From contig CM102285.1 of assembly GCA_046563655.1 (NCBI GenBank), positions 14,136,001-14,200,000 on the forward strand: 64,000 nucleotides of DNA. Reading direction: 5' to 3'. The stretch is from Yuukianura sp. NJ FZ-2021. Its lineage: Eukaryota. Every line of letters begins with the position of its first letter. Position 1 is the first letter of the stretch. The notes beneath the pieces were generated by a model. It saw only the letters and a program-made list of their open reading frames with translations. It had not been told where the DNA came from and did no database searches. Positions 52,966 through 64,000 of the stretch are shown piece by piece. Made by a program: the position numbers and the translations under genes.

Positions 52966-53204
52966 GCGGTGGTTGTCCAGTGTCCCAAGTCTGACTGTTG
53001 CCTAGACTCCGCATGAGTTACGGAGTCTTTGGACCAATAGGAACTCAAAGTGTTACAAAATGCTACAAAAGACGAAAGAACTAAAAGGGGGTCCGAAGGG
53101 AGCGAGGACTTGTGACTCAGTGAAGGTTGTGACTGGGCTCCCGCAGTCTTTTATGCCAAATCCAAGAGTGAGGGCATGAGAACCACTGTGGAGGGTTGGA
53201 TCCT

Positions 53205-53512
53205 GCGTGTTCCCACCAACCTCAGCCTTAATCCAACCGAGGAGGGCTCCACAAAAGTTCCTCTGCTCCATTCGGACATCGATTCAACCAGTTTTACCCA
53301 GTAGCCCAACAAGGGAATTCCTTTTGGTGGAATATTCTGCCCAAAATCTGGAACCACAACAGAGTCGCTTTTGGTGGGGCAACAAGTTCCACCAAAAACG
53401 CGCAAATTCCAGCCAAAAATCGGTCCCACCAAACCCTGATACTTGCCCCACCAAAAACCGGTCCCACCAAACCCATATACTTGTCCCACGAAGAACTCGT
53501 CCCACCAAATCC
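53205..53512. repeat. Degenerate (GT)CCCACCAAA repeat upstream of the scratch start
   Basis: CCCACCAAA recurs at about 20-bp spacing in 53385-53510; this produces the spurious W-rich minus-strand ORFs. Confidence 0.75.
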
Positions 53513-56500
53513 ATGCATGCAAGAGGTCTTATTAACTGACAACGAGCTTTCGCATTACAACACACTCCATGTTCATATTTAAAAAAAAATTCATTTTTTG
53601 ACAAAATTCTATGAGAAGCGATGAGAAGCATCTAACAATTAGTTTTTGTGCCGTTAACTGTTTTGTCGTATTTTGACTCGGGAAAAACTATTATTTGTCA
53701 GTTCTTCTCCTGGTCTTCTCCTGGTGGACCTAAAGTCAATAACAGCACTACATTACAAAATGTTTCTACAAATTTTTCGAAACGTGTACTTTTCAGCAAT
53801 TTTTTTTTTCAAAAAAAAAGCGTAATGCCCGTTTTTCCGAAAACAGAATTCTTGCTTTTCAGTTTTTTGAAGTAAAAGGCACTGTTTAATTAAAGTGCAA
53901 ATTGAAGCGAAACTAATTCTTCGAAAACACAAAACGCCGTGAGTTAAAACACATTCCAATGAAATGATCTGAACAGTTCAGACTGAACTAAAAAGCTTAA
54001 TTAAAACGCAGTTTTTCAGGTGGAAGCCAAGCGTTGACTAAATTCAAACAAAAAATTAAACATTTTCAATTTTTTTTAGTATTTTTGTAAATGACATGAA
54101 GGGCCCTTGATTCAGGCTTGTCTCAAGGGAATTTAGGAAGAGGGGGACTTCAAAGGAAGTGAAAGTGGTGTTTTTGCTATTAATTAGCCTAAGAGTGTCC
54201 CTCCACTTTCACTCGGAATCTCTCCATCCATCAAACATCGTTTCTCAATCAAATCTTCCAGGAAAAATGGACTCTTGAATCCAATGCAACGTTATGCAAC
54301 GCTCCCACGGGGTCAAGGGGACAGGCAACAAGCACAATTCAGACATCGCAATCACATCCCCTTCGGAATTTGGACATCTCAGTGTCCATTCTAGAATTTG
54401 GACATCGACTTACACATTTCATCATTTCTGTTTCACTCGCTTTTCAAACCGTTGCAATTTGCGCAACAACTGGAATTCAAATTCATTTTCTCATTTTGAA
54501 GCTTACTCGCACGACTATCAATTTTCAATTTGGAAATGGAATCCTGTTGTTCAAAAAATTGTTGAGCAAAAAGTTACGAAATAATTTTGAAGTGCTCTTT
54601 TCAAAATCAGGAGTTGAAAAAATTTATTTAGAAATCTCACATTGAAACTTTGAAAAGATATTTTGAACAACTTAATTTGGTTTTAATTGTGTGAACTCTG
54701 ACAGGATTTTGTTAGAAATTGGTGGTTATGAAATGGAGGAGAATCGAATGACCTCAGTTGACCTTTAAAAATTTCGAAATTTCGAAAATGTTCAAAATTT
54801 GTGAATTTGACGTCTTTATTTGGATTTTGGCGGTTCCTGAAGAGGGAGATGCTTGCTCAAAGTGCACTAGAAGGCTTCAGACCACTTCAGAATCCTAAGG
54901 AAGGCTTCAAGTGGCCCTTCGCAACAAGAACACACTGACAGGTGGGTGCTCCAGAATTCAGCATATACATAACTTACATAACATTACGATTCTTACATAA
55001 CTTACATAACATAACTATTTTGGCAGTGCATAACATAACTAACCTAATCTGAAACAGAAACTTTTACTTCTTGTTACACCGAATCACCTGGAACTCGCAT
55101 CTTTCAAAAAAATCACACAAAATCTTTGACATCTCCTATTACATTTTTTTCACAATTTGAAAAAAAATCACATTTTCGACAATTTTGGAGCGCGCGTGTC
55201 TTGGGCAGGCAACTGATGACCAAAAGTGTCACAGTTGGACTTCTAAATTGAAAAGTTTTTCCAAATTTCCAAAAAATCCGAATTTTTGAAAAATTTCTCT
55301 TTTTGTCGATTTTGGAACCTAGTCGTTAGTTGAAAGCTGGAGAAGTGGCTTTGATGGATGGTTTCAATTTAAATGGACTTGGAAGGAACAAAGGGAGGGC
55401 GTCTGTGATTGGTTGATTCCCAATCAAAGAAGAATGGCACACAGGCACTTGATCCTGGACTTTCTTGTCACACTTCCACCACCTAATTGAAAAACTTTGA
55501 CTTTCAATCCATTCAACCACTCCAAAAATCCAGTCACTCCATAACCTAACTTAGCCTAACTTTCCAATTGCCTGGAAACTGCTGCTAAGAACATGTAAAG
55601 ACTCCCTTTGTCTCTGTCTCGATTAATCTAAGGGTCCCGGCACTAGGTTAGGCATTAGGTTAGGCTAAGGAAGGAGTGGATTAGGCTAGGGAGTTGGGTT
55701 TAAGCTGACAAAGAAAGGGGGCCCTTGGCCAAAGACAGGCGTGTGGCAGAAGGGGGCCCTTAAGGAGTCAGGTGCTTGGACAAAGCACTCCGACGTTGTT
55801 TACATTTTCATGCTCCAGAAATCTCTAAATCTGTAAACTGCTTTTGCCTTCCGCCCCTTCAAGGGATCAATAAACTCATTATTCCTCAGGAAAAACAAAA
55901 ATTTAAAAACATGTTTCTAAAAAACACAAAAAGGAGAATGAATTACAAATAGAAAAAATCAATTTTTAAAATTTCACGATTTAATGAAAATTGTAACGGA
56001 AGAGTGAAAACTTTCACCCGAGAGCTGCAGAAAGGCATGGCAGGGTGTATTAATGTCATTTTCAAAAAAAAAAAAAAAAGAAGTGTGGAGACAGCTGGAG
56101 TTAACATTTTTTTGAAAAAAAATTTCAAAATTTGTTCAAAATTAACTTCAAAAATTTTACGCCTGCCAGACAATCAGCCGAACTGATTTTCAAAAACCAA
56201 AATAAAGGCAACCTCAAAAAGAAAAAATATCAATTGACTTTTAGACTCGCCAATTTTTCTGATGAAAATTCAATTTTCAAAATTGACTTTCACCTGAATG
56301 TTTTAAATTGATTTTTGCATAGTGTCGATTAAAACAAAACTTTTGACTTTCAGTTTCTCTTTGTTCTAAACAGAACAAAAAATTTTGAACTGAATTTCCG
56401 TTCGTGCGTTTATGACGTGAGTCATGGGAAGCAACAGGAGCCAATCCGTGGCAGTCCCACAATAATTAAGAGCTCCCGCACCGAGAACAAAGTCTCCCGG

Positions 56501-57271
56501 GACTTTTTTAAAAACACCCGCCAAGTTCAAACATTAAGTCGTTGATTTTTTACATTTTTGAAACCAAAGGTGACTCAAAGGGGAAGTCCGTACCAGCACC
56601 AAAAACTCCCGGAAATCTGATTTCTGTGAAACTAAGGCTTCGTGTGCTCACCTTCCTGTTTCTCTCGTTGCATTTTTAATTCTTCCCGCCTAAAAATACA
56701 TATTGCATGTCGGGGGTACTTAAGGGCCCCTGAGAGTTCACACATGCTGGTGACCTGTCTCATGTTACTTTGAAAAAAGGGGGGCCCTTTATTGCAAAAT
56801 CCGGGAAAGATGCTAACAAGTGGATTAGAATTTAGATTCATAGTTTTTGTTTGGGGGGGAGGGGGGGTTAAGGGGGTGTAGAAAAGCTATTAGTAGATGG
56901 GGGGGGGACGGAGTGACAATGGAAAGTTTTGGGAAGGAAAAGAATCAATATTTGCCTCCACATATTAAATATTGAACTAATTTATGAGGCCTTTTCCCTT
57001 CTTTCTATTGTTTTCTCAGCAGCTTCAAGCTCTCGGAGAATTCGGAGCAGTTTGTGCCGGGTAGTAGCGGAGGGAGTCCAATTACGCTTTTGGCGGAGTT
57101 TATGTCTCTCCGATACCCGGATTCCTCTGGAACACGAGCCTATAGGCTACCCGGGTAGCAAACTCTCACACTAAACTAAACTTCCAATAACAAAAGAACA
57201 ATAATTTATCTTCAAAACAAACCCAATTCAATAATGGAACTCCAAAAACCAGGGATTTTTCGGTTTTCATA

Positions 57272-57484
57272 AAAAACGCTCTGTACTTTCAAAAGTCAAA
57301 ATTTCAACACCGCTCGAAAATAAAAATCATATTGAGCAGGAAATGCAGAAAAATTCAAATAGATACTGGGGTTTCAAAATCTTTCAAACGTTCGAAATTT
57401 TTCAATTTTTTTCTTTTCAAATTTTTCGTTTTTCAAAATACGCTCTGTACTGGCCAAAGTCAAAATTTCAACGCCGCTCAAAAA
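57272..57484. repeat. Dispersed duplication of about 45 bp (ACGCTCTGTACT...AAAGTCAAAATTTCAAC.CCGCTC)
   Basis: Copies at about 57275 and 57440. Confidence 0.7.
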
Positions 57485-60400
57485 CGTTTCAAAAATGTTT
57501 CATGAAAAGCAGAAAAGCTCAATTAATGCATTAGGTCGAATATGTGCATCTCGGTTATTTTCTTCATAGTGTTCAAAGTCTGAACTTTCTTTCATTTTTT
57601 GAACTCCTTTTTTTTAACAAAAATTTTTTTTTGTTTTCGAAATTTTCGAACGTTTTTCTAAATTTGGTTTTTGTTATGAAGTTTTGTTATAGAATTTCGG
57701 TGTCATCTGGCGCTGTTTTTGGTTGTAATTGCTTCCGGAAGAGAAGATGCGGAGGACAACAGGTAGGGATGATCATGTCAAAGACTAATTAAGGACCGCG
57801 GCGGTCCAGTTCCCACGGTCCATATGGACCGTGGACCAATGGACCAGGAAGTTGTTTTGTATTAAAAAGTAAGTCATGTCATTTGTAATGTCTATTGTTA
57901 TTGACAGTTTCGTTCCAACTTCCGTCATCTAAACCCACTTCCGTCCTACTCAAGTAATCAACCGGAACGTACAACAAAAGTTTGAACACAAAACTTTTTA
58001 AAGAAAATCAATTTTCAAAAAAAAGTTTTCAAAAAATCTGAATTTTTAGAATTCTGTGAGTCCCTTTGCACATTTCTTTTTTGAATTATGACAAAGTGTG
58101 CCCATTTCCAGTTGAGTTGCTTTCTCTCTCCTTCTAATTTTTCATACCACTTTCTCTTTTCCTCTAATGTGAAGTACCAAGGGACTTGCAACGTCGGTTA
58201 GGATAGTTAGCCTATGTTAGGTTAATCTGTCCCTTGGGGGCCCTTCGATAATTGATTTCTGCTGGATCCATCCGGTAGTGGGCCCTTTGATGATCTACGA
58301 CTCAAAGATCCGTTCTCAAGGGCTCCCCATCACAGTCTGAGTCATTTCCGATTCCTATAAATTTTGAATCTTCATTTTTTCTGCTTACGGCGGGAAAAAT
58401 ACTTTCTCTGAGTTGTAAGCACGAGCAGATTGCCAGAATCTTTGTTTTCCATTTTCCAAAAAATTGTTTTGAAATTTTGAAAATTGTGATCAGGTTTTCA
58501 AAATTTTACCTGCTTCGGCAGGCTGCTATGGATCCAGTTCATGTTTGTTAAGGATTAAATAGCTCCAGAGGGGGACTTGAGCAATTGTTCCTGGAGGCAG
58601 GTGATCTCCGCTTCTGAGCGGGAAAGAGCCCTTTGAATTCAAAATTTTTTGTAATATGTGTTGTGTGTGTTGATTGGGGCCCTTGAAGGGGCAGATGTGG
58701 AGGCATTCAGGAGGGGGGTACTTGGATTGAATCCAATTCAGGTTCCTGGTGCCTTATGACAATCCTCTGGACCATCATTCTCATCTGCTTCTCTTCAAAT
58801 GCGGAAGGAAACAAGAGACAAAGAGGAAGCGTTTTCGCGGTTTTTTTTTCAAAACTGGGGGACCCTTCAGGTAGGGTCCCCCCTAATTTCATCAAAAACG
58901 AAGCCCCTTTTGTTTGAAATTGTAACCCAGTTTGGAGCATGTGGGCCCTTGAAAAGGGCTCTCTTGTCACCCTTAAATTCTCCAAAAATCTTTGACAAAA
59001 AACAGGCATCTGCAGAAGGTGCTGCTGCACTTCTTTTCTTCAAATGCAAATAAGACTTTTTGAAAAAGGGCCCACTTGGATTTAAGGGTACCACAGAAGG
59101 GGTACCCTTAAGGTCGACAAACTCATTCAAGGGTACACGGCACAAGTCAGCTCTGGGCCCTTCTTTGTGTCGCGTGTCGCATCTCACATGGTCCTTTTCA
59201 AAAAAAATGTTTAAAAATGGTCCAGGTTTTTGTTATTTTTGGAATATTCTTGTTTGTCACAAGTTTACAAATTAAAGATGCGCATCTTCCTGAGTTTTTG
59301 GCCATGAACTTCTGATACTTTTGAAAAAAAAATGTAACGGGATACTTTTTTCAAAATTTTGCACATTTTTTCAAGTTTTTGTTCAAACTCAAAAATAGAC
59401 GCGCTTGTCACCCTCCTTGACCTGAGTTGACCTAAAAGGATTTAAAAAAAAACAAAAACAAAAACAAATTCAGCCTGTTTTCTTGAAATCTCTCTTTTTT
59501 GAAGTCTTAGAAAAAACTGAAAATCAAGATTTGGAATTTCAAAATCTCTGCTGAATTTTCTCAAAGTTGAATCAAAATCAGAACTTAACTGCGTGACCCC
59601 CCCCCCTCAAAGAAAGTGAAGTGGGGGGAAGAAGAAAGTAGGGGGGGGGGTATTTTGACGTTGATGTTTTCTCAAACTATAATAATAAATGATGCAAGTC
59701 AAGTCAAAGTCTGTCCAACCTGTGGCCTTGCCCCCTTTTCCTTCTCTTGCTCAACCCCCCATCTCCTGCCCCCTTCGCAACCCCACCCTCAGTTCCAGAA
59801 AATGATGATTGATTGTGCTGGATCAGTTCAACAGTTCCGCAATTTCACGGCAACAAGTAATAACAGTCCTCCCACTTCCACGTTTTCCCAAAAGCTTCGC
59901 TTTCACTTCCAGCTTCACTTTCACCCAGTTCAGGTTCCAGAAATTTAAGTAACTTTTACCCCCCCCCCCCTTTTTTTTTCTAGAAAAAGAAACCAATACT
60001 CTCCAAATTAGTTTCTTACTCACCGTCACGGCTTTTTTCTTCCACTTTTCAACATGAATGCAGTTCTACTATAAAAAAAATCTAAGAAAAAAAGTTAATC
60101 TCCACGCAAAATCCAGATCCAGCTTTCACTTGTTTTGAATTTTCCCGGGTTTTCTGTTCAGACCAGAAAGTGTTGAACTTTGCATGACGACAAAGGCATA
60201 ATGGCCTCTTTTTTGTTACGTTACATTTTTTTGTTTAGAAAAATGAAAGTCATCAAGAGAGATTTGAGTCCTTATGACGTCCCCACCCCCGTAGTTTCTC
60301 TCCATTCTAAACACAACACACAGCAATCACAACAAGATAAGGAAACATTAAACGACTTTCGTTATTCCAACATTCTCTTTCCTACTCAAATCTATACAAA

Positions 60401-61340
60401 AACAGGGCTTTTCTCTCGCCAAAAATTAATCTGCCGCTGAGAATCCGTTTTTTAAGCGGTTTAGTGTAGCCCCACTTTTTCCGATTTGCAGAACCAAAAG
60501 AGAAAGCAACCGGAAACATCAAGAACCCAAATTGTCCTTTTTTCATATCAAAAACACAAAATTTTGGAAATGATTTTTGCTTGGAACAAAAAATTTTGTG
60601 ATCATAATAGCTTTTTGGATTTACACGCTTTCTCTTTTTTCTTTTTCTGAACTCCTGCTTCTTTTTCTGCTACTTTTGACCCCCCCCCCCATGAACCCAA
60701 ATTTCAATTCCCCCCCTCTGTGCTGTCCAAATTCTGACCCCTCCCCCTCTTCTCTGTTTTACTATGTGAGAGAAATCAACATAATTGGAAAAGTTGGATT
60801 CGATGAAAGTGGTTGTGGTTTGGAATCATATTGTGCTGGATTGTTGCTTTTCTAATGTTAGAGCATGGGAGCTTGATTAAAATCGGAAGCAAGACTATGG
60901 AAAGGAGAAAGGGGCGGCGGTGGATCGCTTCCAGCTCCCTGCAAACTGCAAAAAAAAGGAGAAAGCGATACAGTCATTTATTAGAGCGACAAGGGAGGGA
61001 TTAGGAGTTTCCCAGCAGCTTCCTGATTATTTCCAAGGAACAAAAGGCCTTCTACTTGGCTCTCCCTAAAAGTCATAACTCAGTCTCAGAGGATGTCACC
61101 ACCCTCCGACCCCACCAAGAGCCACTTCACCAGCCCCACCAAGCCCCACCAACGTCCAATTGTCCCAATTAACCTCGGTGGGGTGGGATGGTTGGTGGGG
61201 CTCCAAACAATTTCATCACAACAGCAACACCGACCGCCTGTCGTTTCAATTAATCACGTCAGGACAGTCGACCGCCTTCGTCGACTCATAATTTATCTCC
61301 TTCTTATCTTGTAAAACCGCCTACTGTATGCACACTCCAG

Positions 61341-61412
61341 GGCCTCGCAGCGAATTGGACACAAGAGGGATTGAAATTTGTGGAGCCGTGGGTTCGCTTC
61401 CCGCCGTCGGTT
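61341..61412 (+). other. Degenerate tRNA-like / SINE-head remnant
   Basis: A-box-like CAGCGAATTGG and a T-arm-like stem-loop GTGGG-TTCGCTT-CCCGC at tRNA-like spacing; the acceptor and anticodon stems are poor, so this is not a functional tRNA. Confidence 0.3.
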
Positions 61413-64000
61413 GTCTTTTCTCTCAAAGTCTCTCCCACATCCGATCCTTCGTTACTCAACCAAAGATCCTAGAAAATTCAAAAGCAAAAATCAATCGTAC
61501 CGGAAGAGAACCGAAACGGAACGAATCACAACACACGCTGCATCTCTTAACTCTAACAAAAAGTGTACTTGACTAACACGTGACTCATCCTCATGTCAAC
61601 TCCAATATCTCTTTTCCAGAAAAGTGGACCTTGGACATGGACATGCAACTTGTGTCTTGTCCATTGTTGACTATTGGCATTCGATATGCCTTGTCAACTG
61701 AACTTGACTTGACTTTCTCCTCTGAAGAAAAGTCTGGAGTAGACAAACGCATCTGATTTCATGCAGGATTCGGTTCCACTTTGGAGCCTGTCACAAGAAC
61801 CGCTGCTTTCACTTTTTCCAAAAAAGAAAAGAAAAAAAACGAAGAATTAATTAAGTTTTTTCGTTTTTTGTGCTTTTCCAAAAAAGAAAGCAGCAACTAG
61901 AAAAGCTTTTAGCAGAAATAATATTGACTGTCTCAGAATTCATCTTCGAGAATCCCAAAATCTTCTAAAAAAAGAAAAAAAATGAGGGCTGCTTTCTATT
62001 CTTTTCCAAAAATAAACCGGACTTTCACTCTTTTCATTTTTTTTCTCTTTTCATTTTTTCATTTTTTTCTTCAAAAAAAAATCTACTCAAGTTCCTTTAG
62101 TTACTTGATGCGCTTCAATCAACTTTCACTCGATTTCAAAAATTCCACTTTCACCAAAATTAATTTTTTTTGAAAACTGCGTTTTTTCTAAACTCACTTT
62201 ACCAAACTAGATAGAAAATATTTTTGTTTGAGATCTTTCAATTCACCTTAACAAAATCGCATAGCCTAACATTTTGAAAATATGAAATTTTTGTATTAAA
62301 GGTGAACTTTTTTTTAAAGTTGAAACTTTTTTTTTCAAAATGGTTTGTTTTTAATTAAATTTGGATAGAGTGGTGGAAGCCATGGAGTGAAAGCGGTGAA
62401 AGTTGAGTGTTTGCGTTCCCTGCCAAAGTGTATGTTTTCCTGTGGCATTAAATGGCAATTAGGAAACTGGCGGGAGTTTTTGGAGGATGATCCGACGGAA
62501 TGGAGGATTTATGTCCATTACATGCTTTTCTGGATGGACTTCCGAAAGACACGCTTTTGGCCTGGACTTGGCTGTGACAATCGTTGAAAGTGGTGTTCTA
62601 TGCAAAAGTTTTTACTTACAGAAGAAAACTGTTGGGAAAGTGAGTGAAAGTGGCTGGAGTCAGCCGTTTCCTTTCTCATGTCCACTAAAAGTCTAAGTCC
62701 AAAGTCCCCCCACCCTTCACCCACCCAAAAGAGACTGGGAATGAGCCATTAAATAAATAAATGTCCAAAAAACTTTCTTCTCACTCAAAGTTTATTTTTC
62801 CCGCTGTAGACTCAAAATGGATGGAAAACCAGTCGCAACAAAAAAAAAAAACTTTCTCTTTCTGACTTTTACTACAAACCCCCCCCCCTTCAGTGAAAGG
62901 GGGGGGGGTCAAGGGGTTAGCCCCCCACTCATCATATACGTATTACCCTTCGACATGAAACCGCACTTCCTTATAACTTATGCTCTTAACACTCATTAAT
63001 AACCGGATCCACGGCTTGAGCTGGTCAACTTTCCTCGTTCAAAATGACACCAAACTTCTTGTTTTCCCTGACGCTGCTAAAACTTTTCAAATTTTGGATT
63101 TCTGAAATTTCCCAAGTTTTTGGAAAATGTTCAAAGTTTCCCGCAGTTTTGCTTTCACCCGGCACTTCAACAGGAACCGCCCTGTTGATTATGGGTCTCC
63201 CTTTGGCTTCAGGTCGACTGAAACGGTTTCTTGCCATTGCTACGAATGAATTGCTGCGAAACCAATTGCTCCGAAATGTACTTTTCTCCGAATGTTATTT
63301 TGCTCCGAAACAGAATTCCTACGAAAACTTAATTTATGGGAAAGTACCATTCGGAGTAAAGTACCTTTCGGAGGAATTGGTTTCGTCACATTTCATTGGT
63401 AGCATTGTGCTTCGAAGCAATTCATTCGAAGAAATGGCGTGCTACCATTGAAACTTGTTTAAATGTTGATTAAGTTAGGTTGTTAGGTTATGTTTTGGAG
63501 TGAAAGCATTTTTTGCTAAAAAGTGAGCAAAATGTGCTAAATGCTGTTAGTTGTTATAAGTCCTTTTGTCCAAAGTCCATTAATCAAGTCAACAAGGGCT
63601 TGGGTGACCCGTGTGTAAAGTTATAACAGAAAGTGTGCTTTCAGCAGGCGGGAAACTTTGAAAAAAAGTAAAAGTGGGATGACGGACCGAGTTTTGGTGT
63701 AGTGTATCTCTGCAGAAGTCCGCAAGAGAAACCGTGGAAAATAAGAAAGTCGTTTGGATTTAAAGGGGCAGGAAAAGAGAAAGGAAATATGATGATGAAG
63801 GTTCATGTTCCACGGTTCGGCGGTGCGGTGCTGGAGCATTAAGAAACGACGGTGAAAGTACAAAAAGAAAAAAAACGGCGGGAAAAAAGAAAACCATTTG
63901 AAATTTACACTTGTGGGAGACTCCTTGCTGAGTCAAGGATTTTCTTCCTGGTCCAAAACTTTTCCTACCACTTTAAGATGTATTTATGACTTTCTCCTTC

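Noticed and set aside
53151..53631. W/G-rich ORFs upstream of scratch
   Set aside because: They are translations of the CCCACCAAA repeat.

Overview
Eukaryotic, intron-containing, AT-rich animal DNA, most likely an arthropod (short 63-151 nt introns with CTAAY-type branch points; scratch protein with the arthropod-type MPRCxxAKKWK N-terminus). Three protein-coding genes could be reconstructed exon by exon: a LETMD1-like gene (+, 681-2288, 6 exons, 419 aa), NUDT21/CPSF5 (CFIm25; +, 2836-5982, 7 exons, 244 aa) and scratch (-, 52862-49643, 2 exons, 519 aa, five zinc fingers). The rest (about 6.4-49.6 kb and 53-64 kb) has no recognisable genes and looks like the large regulatory domain of scratch. 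It holds seven copies of a roughly 230-280 bp non-autonomous DNA transposon family (CAAGGTT...AACCTTG ends, 8-9 bp target duplications, subterminal inverted repeats that co-vary between subfamilies), several minisatellites and local duplications, and degenerate tRNA/B-box remnants. It also shows a striking excess of perfect nuclear-receptor response elements, including a perfect IR1 (ecdysone-response-type) palindrome 83 bp upstream of the scratch ATG. Most ORFs in the supplied track are spurious. No prokaryotic systems or CRISPR arrays are present.
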